Shown here piece after piece: positions 1 through 13,035 of a DNA stretch of 64,000 bases (position 1 is the stretch's first letter; each line of letters begins with the position of its first letter). The stretch is from Microthyrium microscopicum (Eukaryota): NCBI GenBank assembly GCA_010405405.1, contig MU004246.1, positions 434,001-498,000 on the forward strand, read 5' to 3'. Below the pieces are notes generated by a model. That model made no database searches and was not told the DNA's origin. It saw nothing but the letters and a program-made list of their open reading frames with translations. Position numbers and translations under genes: made by a program.

Positions 1-1732
1 CTCCTCCTCCGCCTCATCTTCGATGTCCTCTTCGATCTCGTCTTCGTCATCTCCAATTTCAGCAGCCAGTGTCAGTCGATTTGCAGCATGACGTCGGGCT
101 TCGTCTATCTCGGCCATAATGTCAGGGTGCCGTCTAGAATTGGCACATACGGGCTCAAGACTTGCGAGTTGCGCACGCGTGAGCGCGGGATTTGGCTGCG
201 CGGCCACGAGCCAGGCGTGACTTTGGCGGTCGGCATGTCCCTTTCCGAGCTCAATACCATTCCGATCTGTGGGCTTGATTCGATGAACGCTGTACGCATG
301 ATCTCGCAGTGACTTCGGGCCTGCATAGTCATTAGCATGGGAATATGGCTCAAAGGGGAGGTTTACCACTATAGAACTGCACAAAGTCACTACCTACTTT
401 GCGCGTTATTACATAGGCATTGCAGCCACATCCTGGACAGTAGACCGGCTGATAGCTGCCGTCTGCTAGTGGTACTACGGGAAGGTCTGAGGGGGCACGA
501 TTGGTGATGTTTGGCAGGACTATATTTGGAGTTGAGCTCAGAGGAGGAGGTCCGCCGGTCAATTGCTGTTGACCGTTTCGTGCTGACACCACTCCGGCGA
601 CCCGGCTACGACGTGTTGTTCGCGGAGTAATTGCGCCTGTGGGTAGTGACAAAGATAGATTTAAAGCTCTAGAACCAAGTGCGGAAGTAGCTGGGGTCGT
701 AGTTACTGGTGCTGTAGTAGCTGATGCCGTAGTAGTCGGTGCCGTGGTAATCGGTGCCGTCGCAGCTGGTGGCATTAGACCAGCAGTAGTAGTGAGATTT
801 CTAGGAGGGGTGCGACTTGATTTCATGGGGCTGTTTTGAGCGTCATTAATAAGACGCGCCTGCGCTTTATCGCTGGACAAGGAAGCTGAAGGTCCCGGAC
901 ATGGTGTAGTCGAGGCAACATGTAATGGTCCTGAGCATACCAAAGTTTGTTTGTGTTCGGAAGAAGGCTCATAAGAACGTGGAGATTGCTGTGAAAGAGC
1001 GTTGTAGTTGACGTCCAGAGACTGCATTTGTTTAGACGGGCTATAGTAGGAAGATTCCCATGAAATAGTCTGGTTCATCGACGTAGCTTCCGCAAGGTCC
1101 AAGGAATAGATAGCCTGTTCATGCTGCGAAGTCTGAGACATAAGATTTTGGGTGTCCAGGGCAGAATGATAATGTAATGATCCATGCAGTTGCGAAGAAC
1201 TATTCTGAGCTTGACCTATATCCGGACCAAACAAGTCATGAGACTGATGATTAGTGTTTTGAAGTATATAACCGGTACCACCGGGAGAGAGCGTCGTGGA
1301 AGGCATTGTGTCCACGTCCCCAAATAAGTCATTGAACTGAGAACCAGGTCCAAAACGGTTAGTCACATTATTTGGTGCAGGCTCTGAACAATCATTACCC
1401 CGGGTCAACACCGCTGGGTTGATATATTGCTCCACGGGCTCTTGCGTATTGTATGTGAGTGTTGTATGTAGCTCGACATAACCTTGCGAGTTTGTCAAAG
1501 CCGGATCCGTCAACGACGACTGAGATGTCAGTTCGATCTGAGGTGTTGTCGTTGAGATTGAGATCGAAGGGTCATTTGTGAATGCTACCTTGTTGGCTGG
1601 AACATGTGCGGGTGGAGTGTGTGCTTCGGATTCAAAGCTGAAGAAACGCCGACTATTATCTTGCAGGAGAGACTCATTCGGGTTAGAAGACGTTCCGCTG
1701 TCATCCACCCGATTGAAACTGAACTCTGCCAT
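1..1732 (-). CDS. Low-complexity protein with an atypical C2H2-like zinc finger and acidic tail; 3' end runs off the window
   Basis: ORF 350..1732 plus intron 366..321 (GTAAAC..GCTAAT..CAG). Splicing gives ...YCPGCGCNAY...FYSGPKSLRDHAYSVH..., open to position 1 and ending in a D/E-rich tract. Confidence 0.65.
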
Positions 1733-2529
1733 CTTGGCGCTAGACCGGTGTCGACCCGGCGATGCAGAGCCAAATGAAGCCGCGTTCCAGGTATGAGGGA
1801 GGTGATATGACGAAGGTTGCTTGTTTTTATCTGAGATGCTGAAGATGTAATGCGACGCCGGCGTGGAGACGAATGAGTTGCGTGCTTGCGAAGATTCGTG
1901 AGGTTGCCGAGTTCTGGTGGGTAGAAGTCTAAGCGAGAAAAAGCCATGCTATGGTTGGAGGTAGAAGGTGAAGATGCAGTTGCGAGTGAGGCCCACATCT
2001 CTTGAAGATGAGATGGGTAGAACAAATGCATTAGAGACGATATGTTGAGATAAGACAGATAAAGTGACCATGAGAAATTGGCAACAATTCTGACTGGAAT
2101 CTTTCAATTACAAGATATCCGTTACTCTATAATGAACAATAGTCTTCCACTGGTATTGTTTTGCTAATTGAGAATCAGACCTTAAATAGCACAAAAGCTA
2201 AAACGGAGCAATCGTAGAATTTAAGGATGACATATAGGTTCAAACTACTTCATTTTTGCTATGCTTAGTAAATTGCTAAAAGTGATGATCACTTGAGAGC
2301 TTCCATAGATTTGTTAGATTTGTTATTAGATCATTCTTCTGCGTGTTGATTGGCATGTACTGTAATATATGTCAATAGAGCTTGTGCTGTAGTGGACGCA
2401 AGGCTGCCAAGACCTGCCATAAGGCTGAACATTGGTTTGGCATCTGACCGAATACTTTAGCACTCGTCAAAAAACATGTCTTTAGATCTCGGCCTAGTGG
2501 CCGAACACTTTCATGTATTATAATCAAAA

Positions 2530-5018
2530 TCAGACCATAGACTCAATCGAGAAGCGAAAGGGTTCTTTTGAGTTTCCATCCGCCAGTGACATATTCCCTA
2601 GAGATTCCAAGGCGTCTTCAAAGGCGTCTTCCTGCTTCCAGTCTTCGAAATCAGAACAGCTGCTCTTCCCATCTTCATAGCAGCTTACTGCCTTACCACA
2701 ACTTCGTAGAAGATTGATGAAAGTTTCCCAGGCTACGTCTCGGCGGCTTAACTCCTCCTGAGTGGATGAAAATATGGGCTTGCGATCCTGATTGAAGGTT
2801 CGTTGCAACTCATCCAAGTCGTACCCAATAAGCTCGTTAGGATTAGCAGCAAGAACCTCCATTGCTTCAATAGATCCATAGAGACAAGTCTCCACCAAGA
2901 TATTCTTCTTGGTGTCTTGTTCAAGTCCCCAACGAAAGCGAGCCCCATTCGCACAGAGTACTTCAAGTACCTTAATCCTGTTCATGTAGACTGCTCTTGC
3001 AATAGGTGTACTTCCGTCGTTACTCATAGTGTTCACATCTGCACCCTGACTCAAAAGTGCTTCAACACTATGTGGTTCGTTATGATCCTGAGCCGCGTAG
3101 AATAGCGGTGTCATACCCATCTTGTTCTTTGCCTCCAAATTGGAAAATTTGGCTAGAAGATGGATGATCTTACGACCTTCCTTCTCATTTCGATTAATGG
3201 CGGCGTCATGAAGCGGTAAGTTGCCAAATAAGTCAGCGTGGGCAGGATTTGCTCCAGCGGCCAGAATAGCAAAAACACAGTTTGAACACCCTCTGCGAGC
3301 TGCAACGTGCAAAGCTGTACTGCCATCATTATCACAGACATTTACCATCGCCCCATGGGATAGAAGCAGTTGTACCTTGTCGCAATCGTCTCGTAAGGCA
3401 GCCCACAGTAGGGGAGTCCTTTCAAGCCAGTCCGTGTCATTAATAGCAGATGAATTCTGGTAAAGCTGCTGAGTCAGAGATATGCCAGTGAGCCCAAGCA
3501 CTGCTTTGTGGATAGGACTTAGATGTAGGTTCTGATTATGGTTGTATCGGGTCAGAAGCTGACTGAATCGAGAGCACTTTTCGTTCTCAACCCCGTATCG
3601 TAAGATTTGGACCCAAGCCAGATCTGCAGAGCATCTATAGGATTTGAGAACGTAAAATCTTTGGAAGAATGATACATACCTTCCTTGTCGATCCTTGAAA
3701 TCCATGCTTGCTCCACTTGCTAATAAAAGCTCGCAAATCTCGACGTGCCAGGAATTTTGCGCCCACTCGAGTTTCATCAGCCTGGATTTCACCTTCCCAC
3801 GAAACAGTTCATGAAAGACTGAGGCAACTCACATGAAGGACTGACCAGCCATTTTCATCAATATCATAAGGTGACATCAAGCGTTCAGATAGGAGAGCTT
3901 TGATTCCTTCAATGTTTCCCAGTCTGATAGCTGTCCAGCATTTCGAATTTGGAGATATTTCTCGAGGCATTTCTATCAAACACCTGGATCCATCGGTTAG
4001 GTCCTTCCAGGTGCTCCAAGAGAGGGCTTTGCGAATTGTCCAGCTTGGAAAATAGTATGTTAGTCTACTTGACGAAGCTGCTCCTGTCCTTTTACAGCCA
4101 CCAAAAGTACAAGGTCGAACGTTTATTTCTGGTGTAGCAACACAGTTGTAGAAAAGAGTCCCAATTGTTGACTGAAGCCATTGCGGTGTGCGAACCTGAT
4201 ACTTGATATGACATTGACAAGCACAAAGTGCGTCACAGCGTTGTCCAGGAAATGATACCTTCAAGCGCAGTGACGATGATGAAGAAATGCCTGGATAATC
4301 CTTGCTCGAATAGTCATCTACCGCATCAATACATGTTTCCGAGTTAGAGGATGAAAAGCTGCTGAGTCTTGAAGACGCCTCTAGCATAGAAACAATATCT
4401 TGTAAAGTGGTTGATGTTTGAGTATGATGACCCGATTGGATTATTGAAACTTCTTGTACGGCTTGAATGAGACTTGGTAGTAATTGCCTGAAAATTTTGT
4501 CAATCATTCCAAGGTTGTGAAAGCAGAGCATGCTAGACGAGTGACCTTACAAATTGGCAGAAGCTATGACTGTCTGTATTCCCTGTTGCGATTGATTTAT
4601 GGTCTCTCTAAATTTAATGATTTTCAAGTCGGTTTTTTTATTCCATGCTTGGAAGGAAACCTTGCCTGGACTCTTCAGGACTTGATGTTTGATAAAAGCT
4701 AGCAAATCGTCGACATGGACCTGTGTTCGGTCGATGAACTGTGGAAGAGCCTTACATGCTTCGATAGCGGCGGGTAGCTGGCTAGCTTGAAGAGCTTGTG
4801 CAGCATCGCGTGCAATAACCAAGGTAGCCTGCAAGTCATTGATCTAGATAGGTTAGAGTGGAGTCCTCACCTATCGCTGGGTAGCTTACTGAATTGATAA
4901 GGGTGAGTAAAGCTACATTGGCTTTATTGAATGAGCGAATTCTCTCCAGGAAATCAATGACCTTCTTAGTCGCTCCTACAAGAGTCAGTATAGTCGATGC
5001 CAATGATAAGGGATCCAT
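2530..5018 (-). CDS. Ankyrin-repeat protein with a fungal N-terminal HeLo-like (Helo_like_N-type) helical domain
   Basis: N-terminus MDPLSLASTILTLVGATKKVIDFL is typical of fungal HeLo-like N-domains. A central CxxxCxCxCH motif is followed by ankyrin consensus repeats (TPLLWAA, GSTALHVAA, GNLPLHDAA, GMTPLFYAA, GSTPIARA). Introns 4889..4844, 4550..4488 and 3832..3766 restore one frame; a further in-frame GTATGT..TAG intron is probable near 3640-3680. Confidence 0.8.
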
Positions 5019-6488
5019 TCTTGAGATCCGGGTATTGCAATCCTTTCACGGAGAACCTTGATCTCCTTATAGAAGGTCTAGAAGCACACCGGTAATGTTG
5101 CACAGCCCTTGAGACCAGTGGCTGTACCCTGCACTCTTTCAATTGATCCCTGGAGATTCAGCATGCGTGAGGATTTAAGATGTAATACAAGTCTGCCTCT
5201 CTTCTATATGCGTACCGGCCTCGGCTCACAGCCCAGAAGCCTCATACTCACAATAAAATAACATCTAACGGCATGACTGCAAATTCTGATGGATCAAGGC
5301 TCACTTGCGCTACATCCTGGAGTCCTTGTGAAGTTGTGATTGCCAAAGACTGCCGGGCGATGGACGCCTGAAAATGTATTTTGCGCTCTATGGAGGTACT
5401 AAACCTGATTGCCACATGGTTTTGGTGAAGTCTGAAGTTGAGTATCGTCTCGAGATATCACTTTACTTTACTCTTTTCTTTGGGCTCTGGGTTCGAAGGT
5501 TGTATGCGGATCGGCGGATGGGATACTTGGACGTCAAGGGACGTGAGCAAAGCTCTGCAGTATAACCTTGAGAGGAAGCTAAACTTGAAATGGAGCGCTA
5601 ACTTTTTGAATTCGGAAGGAAGCTATTTCCGGCACGTGCCGGCTAGCGTGCTCGGGAGTCTGGGTCATCTAGCTGTCCGTGCTGACAGACCATATGTACG
5701 GAGCACTTCAAGTAGTCATTATCATAAAGCTGGATTTACTTCAAGAAAATTGGATACATGCACAGTTCAGCCGAAACCAATGCAGCCACGCTCGCGAGCA
5801 GTACGCTTGTGCAAAACGTGCCTCAATAGCTGTGTGATTGGGCTAATACTGTACCTCAACCACACCATCACCCCGCTGATCATCTCCCTAAACAGAAAAG
5901 ACTCATCAAAATTGAGTAGAAGCTGAAGAACGATAAAGGATGGGTTGCGCATCCCTTTATGCCGGCTACTGGACACTCTCGATGTGTTCACTGACGCCAG
6001 GTTGTCATTGGTGCGCATGAAATGGCGGCACCAATATGACAATATTCGATGATCAGCGCCATTACAAACTCGATAAGTAAAAAGCAAATTATCAACCTGA
6101 TCCAGGATTGGAGTCACTGGTATGATAATCATCCATTGGCTTAAAGTCAAGAGCAGCAGGGTAGCCTAACCGCTGCATGCCACACCTCTTCCCAAATAAC
6201 TGGGTATGGCTTCCTATAATCCAATCAGAGATTTTACCTGGCAACAGCTGCGAATGATGAGGAGGAAGTTTGAAAGGAGAAACTTGGTTCGCACAATTGC
6301 AGCCCAGCCTCCATTAAAAGTACGAATCCTAAATTATGAGGCTCTAAACGGGCCATGTAGCATAAATTTACTCGCCCTGGAACTTAGAGAAAATCTGTTC
6401 ACATGTTTCACATACTGTTGTATCTGAACCGGACCAACTTCATCAAATCTCCAAGCAGATCGTTTTGCCTTGCTTCACAAGTTCCTCC

Positions 6489-9400
6489 ATGGCTGCCAAC
6501 CAGGCTAGAAATAGGCTAACCCCCTATTCATACAACCTTTGCCCACTCAAAAATGCCTCACGCGAGATCCGCATTATGGTCATCAAAGAAATCTCGAAAA
6601 ATGGCAACGACGAGGTGCTCCAAGTCGAATTACAGTCTCTTGATATTAGTACATATCATAAAATCCAAGCGGGTAGTGACGTGGAACCATATTATGCACT
6701 TTCTTGGTGCTGGAGAGCATACGATGGGGAAGATGAGGTATTGCAGCAGCTTGTGCCCATCAACATCCTGAAAAATAAATCAAAATATACCTTCCTCCTT
6801 TCGAGTAACCTCAACGCCGCCCTAAAAGCCCTCTACACACTCAAAATCTTTCGAATATGGGTGGATTGGGTCTGTATCGACCAAGGAGACGTTGCTGAGC
6901 GCAGCAACCAGGTGCGGCTTATGGCCCAGGTATACGGGAAATCTGAGATAGTCTACGTGTGGTTGGGAGAAGAGAAGCATGGGAGCAAAAGAGCATTCAA
7001 ATTCATTCCTAAAATGCTAGAAGTCCGAGGCTTCAATGAACTAGTCAAAGACAGTCACGAGGACTTGAAAGCTGTCAAAATGCTCTTGACACGAGATTGG
7101 TTTTCTCGAAGGTACCGTACACCCCCAATGAGAAACTTGTTTGTCTGCCTCTGAGCGTACTTTGTTTCCGTTTTTATTTTGCGTGATTGGGTTGTGTCTC
7201 AGCTCAGTTGCTATTGCGCTTATCAAACTATTTGCTGCTTTATGCCATCATATCGCTTACATTTTGCAGATGGATCATCCAAGAGATCGCGTTAGCAGAT
7301 CAAGCCATGCTTATCTGTGGTACAGACCAGCTTGAATGGTCTAAGTTTGCCATCGCAGTCTCGTTATTCACCGAGGTAAGACACTTCCTGATATTGAGAT
7401 ATACTTGGAGTTCATGAGCGAGAACCACCTCAGGGATTCTGAGATGATTGCCTACAAATCTGCTAAGATACTAGAAAATATTCTGCTCTTCGCTAATTCA
7501 GATATTGTTCTACAGTATTCAGCCTTCATAACTCCTTGTCGCTAACATCCTTCTAGTATGAAACCCAAACACGCGGTCTTTCCGAGGTTATGAAAGCTCG
7601 TGTAGAGTATGATAATCATCCAGATTATTTTGGCAATCTTCCTTCTTTGTCAGCCGCACATCTCGTGGAAATCACAAACAAACTCTTTCGCAAGCGCAAC
7701 AATGGCCACCTGGATCGCTTGCTAAGCCTTGAGTATCTGGTATCCACCTTCATCACCTTCAATTCCAGCGAAGCCCGGGATAATGTGTATGCAATACTAG
7801 CCATCGCTAAAGACACTACGCCTCAAACGGTAGACCAAATTGATACAGTCTTGAAGCCTCTAACACTCAAAAATATTGAGGAAAAGTCGAAAACGTTTGC
7901 TCGAATACTGCGTCAGTTTGCTGCTCAGTATCTGGCAGCATTCACGAATTCCAAGCCTTACAATGTGGACTACGACCAACCAATATCAGACATATACGTG
8001 GAATTCGTCCAATTTTGTATTGAAAGGGCTCGGCAGCAAGAACCTACTCGTGCGCTGGATATTTTGTGCCGACCATGGGCACCCGACCCCGATTTTCCCG
8101 ACGAAGCTGACAGCAACCCTCACTGGCGAGTCAAATTCACATGGAAAAAGAGCTATAACAACAAGCCCGAGGAGACGGAAACAGGAGAACAAGTGCCACA
8201 ATCCTCGCGGGCCAAGAAAAAGGGGAATAATGCCCCAGAAGCTGACATGAACACCGACCCAATACGTTCTGGAGGCACAAATGTAACAAGCGAAGTCACT
8301 ACAGCCTCAAAGGTCCAGGACGGCCAAGAGGATCAAGACACCATACCGTCATGGGTTCGTAGCAAAGAACTTTTTTCGCATGGGTGTGAGCGCGAAGGTG
8401 AAGGGAATATCAAGATGACGCGGAGAAACCCAGACTCTCTGGTTGGAAATCCATCCCAGTATCTTTATTCGGCTTCAGGAAGTCGGGGAGTAACTAAGAA
8501 CTTGCGCTTTCAGGACGGCAGAATCGAGGCTCCTGGAAAGCCCGAACACAATCACCACTACCACAGTATTTTTGTCGAAGGATTCGTCCTAGGTACTGTT
8601 GCTGAACTTGGTGAAAGATCACAGAAGGGTGTGATTCCCAAGACATGGGCTACTTTATGCAGACGGCACGCAAAACCAACAAGGACCCCAACAAGGTTTT
8701 GGGAGCTTTCGAGATCCAATGACTTTTGGCGAACGCTAATTGCAGACCAAAGCTGGACAGGAAGGGATCCTCCTCGTTTTTACCAACATATCCTCCAATC
8801 CCGGTATGCTGGTGATATTGATGTCGATTTGAGTGATCTAACGCAGTACAATAAGCTGAAATGTGAACCGGCCAAAGATGTTTCCCAGAGAGTTCAGGCC
8901 GTCATTTGGGATAGAGTACTCATGATTGTCGACTGCAAAACCAGACAATCCACTGGGCAAAATATGCAGGACGATGACCCTGTACTCGGCCTAGCACCCT
9001 ACCAGACGAAGGCAGACGATCTGGTTTGTATTTTGTACGGATGTAGTGTGCCTATAATTCTACGGCAATATGACAAAAGCGAAAGTGTGCTCAAAGCACA
9101 GGAGAAAGAACGGGAAAAAGAGCTTCAACTTAAAGCATATAACATGTTTGCAAACGCCTATTTCCGAAGCAGATGTATCGCAGTCAAAGATGATTATATT
9201 CGGAAGGAAATGGTTCCACCATCTACTTCCAGAGCCCGTCAATCAACACCAAGTATCAGCAAGGCTCCTGCATCCAGCAGTGGAAAACGAAAGCGCTCAA
9301 GTCAAGACGGAATCCACCAGCCGGACACTTCGAACAAGCGAAGGACAAGGGCTGACACACGAGAACGGTCTGTCTTAACATCGCCTACACCGACCCCGGA

Positions 9401-9605
9401 AGATGCAAGTTCTAGGGGCTATGGCCCGCCGAGACAGGAAAAGCCACCCCTAGACGATAAAGCTGATTTCAATCGTCCGTTGAGCGAGCCCAAGAAGTTC
9501 TACAAAATGATTGGTGAATGTTATGTTCACGGAATGATGCATGGAGAGGCCATTGAGCACCAGAATGTGGAGAGGCTGCCCAAGGTGATATTTGAGATTC
9601 GATAG
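6489..9605 (+). CDS. Heterokaryon incompatibility (HET domain, HET-6-like) protein
   Basis: Motifs YYALSWCW, IWVDWVCIDQ.D..ERSNQVRLM.QVY, WFSRR/WIIQE, RDNVYAILAIA, LVCILYGCSVPIILR and IGECYVHGMM. Introns 7112..7269 and 7376..7556 join three ORFs in frame. Confidence 0.9.
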
Positions 9606-9969
9606 TTTATGTCCTAGATATGTGCTTCGCCATAATAATGTTAATGAAGAGCTTGGTTTCTGAAAACAATGATCTGAGTAAGCCATCTTTCTTAAGAGTG
9701 CAGTGGCGGGATCAGCAGGAGCAAGCCTACAGGAACGCAATCCGAGCTCAAAGTCAGCCAATCTGAAGCCGGTTAGATGCAGCTTAGCTAAGTTGACAGT
9801 ATGAGCTGATATATAAGGACAGAGCCTATCGAACTCGAGGGAGGAAGTCATTGCACTTGAGTCTCCATCGGACCATTGCTAGGCTTTAAACAAATATCAA
9901 ATTGACGCGAGGTAGCCTCGGACTCGTATGTTCTAACAATATATTAGGTGTTCTTGACAGGCATCAAGC

Positions 9970-11757
9970 TCAACTATCGGGACTCGCTCCATCAAGATAT
10001 CTCCATAGGCGGCTCAACTGCCTCACAGTTCGTCCCTTGTATTGCTCTGTATGATTATGCACCATGACTACCGAAATGCGACTTCCCTCAGCTCCACTCA
10101 GGTCCTTACTTGTCAGCCTCCTTCCTTCACCTAGTGTCAAATGCAAGTCCTCCTGTTCTGTTTTTGACTTAACATGATGAACATCGTCGACAGGTGCTGT
10201 ATGCGCGGCGTGTGAATGATCAGCTGGATCTACAGGAGCACTCTCGTGTCTCATCACCGCTAATTGATGTACAGCGTTGACATCGCGCTGTGTGACTGTA
10301 GCAGTGTCGAGATTGACCACTCTGTCGAGGAACGTGACCATATGGTGCTTGTAATCACTACTTGTACCTTGAATGTGGCCATCGCCGGCTCTTCTGCCAT
10401 GAATTGGAAACATTTCGGAAAGATAGTGCTGATTTAACATATGACCAGAAGCGCCTTCGTTGATAAAAATGTGTCCACAGAAACGATTGGAGAGAATTGA
10501 TTTGGCTGAGTAGAGAGCACCCCAGCGCGTTACCATATCTTGGCTGTTGCAGTAATGTTCAATGTGAGCAATGACTCTTTCAGGAAGCATTTCTGATATT
10601 ACAGGCTTTGGGGCAGTACTCTGAGAGCTGGATGACCCTAGGATTTCAGTGCCACCGTTCTCGATTGGTGGCATGTCCTGAGCGTCAATCGATGCCGGTG
10701 CCTTGGATAACTTTCTCAATGGATTATTGAAATGCGAAGCTGCATTGCCAAAAGTATAGACCTGATAATGTTAGAATGTCATTGGCGAATTGAATTTCAT
10801 CCCTGAAGATCAACTTACCTCCAGCTTTCCAACTGCTTCGGCCGGCAAATCTACATACAGCTGATCCAGGATCTGGGACGCCATAATGCAGCCCTGACTA
10901 TGAGCCACGAGAATGACTTTCTTCACATCTGGATCAGTGCAATATGCTTTGACATACTCGTAGCACACTCTTGTTTCCTCTGTGAAGAGGTCAAAAGATC
11001 GCTGTAGAATACACTCGAATAAATCTCCGAATACACCATAAGTTCGATTGTGGATTGCAAAGATCGGACGTCCAAAAGTCTCAGACAGTAGATCGACGTT
11101 GTGCTGGAGATTATGGCCGGACACACAGCATCCGTTGAGAAAAAACCAGCGCTCTGTCGAGGTACTCTCGTGTTTGGCGATCTCCTCTGGATCTGTCGGA
11201 GTCTTTGACCAGACTTTAGATGGTCCTTGCATTGGGAAGCATATTATGTGAATTAAGACTTGACCAAAGATAAACAGTGATACAGACACTGGACCTGGAA
11301 GGAAGAGAAATAGGGGTATGCATGCAATCAAAACAAAGATCTCAAAAACAGTCGCAAAGGTCAACAAGAAGAGTCCGAATATGTTAGGCCCCCATCCTAG
11401 GTAGAATTCGTCCAGAGGATTTGTCGTCCAGAATGGTGTCAGCACTCCTGGAAATAATGTAAACATCCTCGCACAGGTCCATATATCGCGAAGAGCCAGA
11501 AAAAATGGCCCATGCCTTACAGCTTCTGTGACAGCTGCTCCAAGAGGATCTGAGCACGATGTCAGCCAAGGATTACACAGTTGATATCGAGTCAGAAATT
11601 GCTCTGAGCTTTTGAAGCGCAAACAAGATCAAAACGCCGTCAAGTAGCAGTTCCTGTCACGCCTCTGTTCATCTGACTGACCTGATTGATCCGGTAGATA
11701 AGTTGCTCCATAGTACCCATCTGATATAGCTCGTGAAATATGCTTCACAGGCCTCAT
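9970..11757 (-). CDS. Conserved fungal membrane-associated alpha/beta-hydrolase (lipase-like AHSQG elbow)
   Basis: Hydrophobic N-terminal segment, WFFLNG, HNRTYG, VILVAHSQG. KLE/VYTFGNAASHF is formed across an intron at ~10763-10818. A probable short first exon (ATG 11757, GTCAGT donor) splices to DPLGAAV; the start is uncertain. Confidence 0.75.
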
Positions 11758-12421
11758 GACGATGGAGCCATTCGATGTGCTCCTCGCGTGTTCCCCCATA
11801 ATGCGGCGCAATGATTAGACAGGCAGGGGCTGCTTGACGATGGACACCATGTCGTGATAATCAGAGATCGTGAGCCAGCCTCCTTGAACTCTTGGGAGAT
11901 TTCCCCGCTCAGTCCAACTTCCCGCGTTTGCATCAAGGGCCGATCCGCGTCCTCCTTGAATTGGCTAATCAGACAAAGCTTATGCCAAATGTGCAGACTA
12001 GCGAAGGGCGAAATCCAAAAGAGGGCGAGCTGAAGATGCGCAAGTGGTTGTACATGCGGGTCTGATTGGGCAGACTCTACCAACCTTTGGGGACTTGCAT
12101 ATCGCGAAAGCTAAAGAATACTAGCGCCATAATATATCTTGTCCCATCTCGCAGTGGAATCATGGAATAAAGATTGAAACGACTAGCGATTTTACTTTTC
12201 AAGTCAACTTTTTAGATTTGAAACTGATATACAGATCCGCGATCCATGAGACTGTTAAGTCTGTATAGTTCACTTACCACTTGTGGACTGTGATATGAGT
12301 TATTGTTGATAGTGTCTTCTCATGTAAGCATTCATCAGGAATCACATAAAATTGAAGTAGGACAGAAGAAGTTATCATTGTCTAAATCGTCTATCTCATA
12401 GCTCATGACAGCGCGAGCCGT

Positions 12422-13035
12422 CTAATCGGAATCGTCTTCACCCTCAGCCTGGTCCTCACCACCAGTAGCGCTGGCAAAGGCAGCCTTGCCTTTGGCGAAA
12501 CCATCAACACGGCGCTTGTTGAGTTCCTCAGCCTGTGGCTTGAGGGAAGCAGGTGCCTTGGTGAGCATGACTTCAGCGAGTCTGGCGCTGGCTTCGTCGC
12601 TCTTGCCCATGTTCTTCTTGACAAGACCTGGAATAAATTAGATCTGCTGTGTAATCCAGGTTATAAAGAGTTGTCTTACCTCCGACGTGGAGCTTCTCGA
12701 AATGAGCCTTGTTGGAGACGAGAAGAGTGAGTTGCTTCTCAGTCTGGTCAACGACCTTGGTCATTTGGTCAAAGATCTTCTTGGCTTCATCTTCGGATGG
12801 GGTGTAGTTCTGTGGTCGTATTAGAATCTTGCAGAATGGTGTCGATGTAAGAGTCAGAACATACCTCGTAGTCCTTGATGCCCTTGTTGATAGTGGAAAC
12901 GATAGAGTTGGTCTTGCGGGCCAATTTGATGGTATCACCGACGCTCATCTTCTCTTGCTTCTCCAGAATCTTGATGGACTTGGTGAGCTTGCGCTCAATG
13001 TCCCCAAGGTTCTTTGTGATGCTGCTGTAAGTCAT
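12422..13035 (-). CDS. HsbA (hydrophobic surface binding protein A)/Mp1-like helical protein lacking a signal peptide
   Basis: Three exons (introns 12864..12810 and 12679..12628) give MTYSSITKNL...LLVSNKAHFEKLHVGGLVKKNM...LAEVMLTKAPASLKPQAEE...FAKGKAAFA, which fits the HsbA helical pattern (K..F, K.P, terminal F...A.F). Confidence 0.6.
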
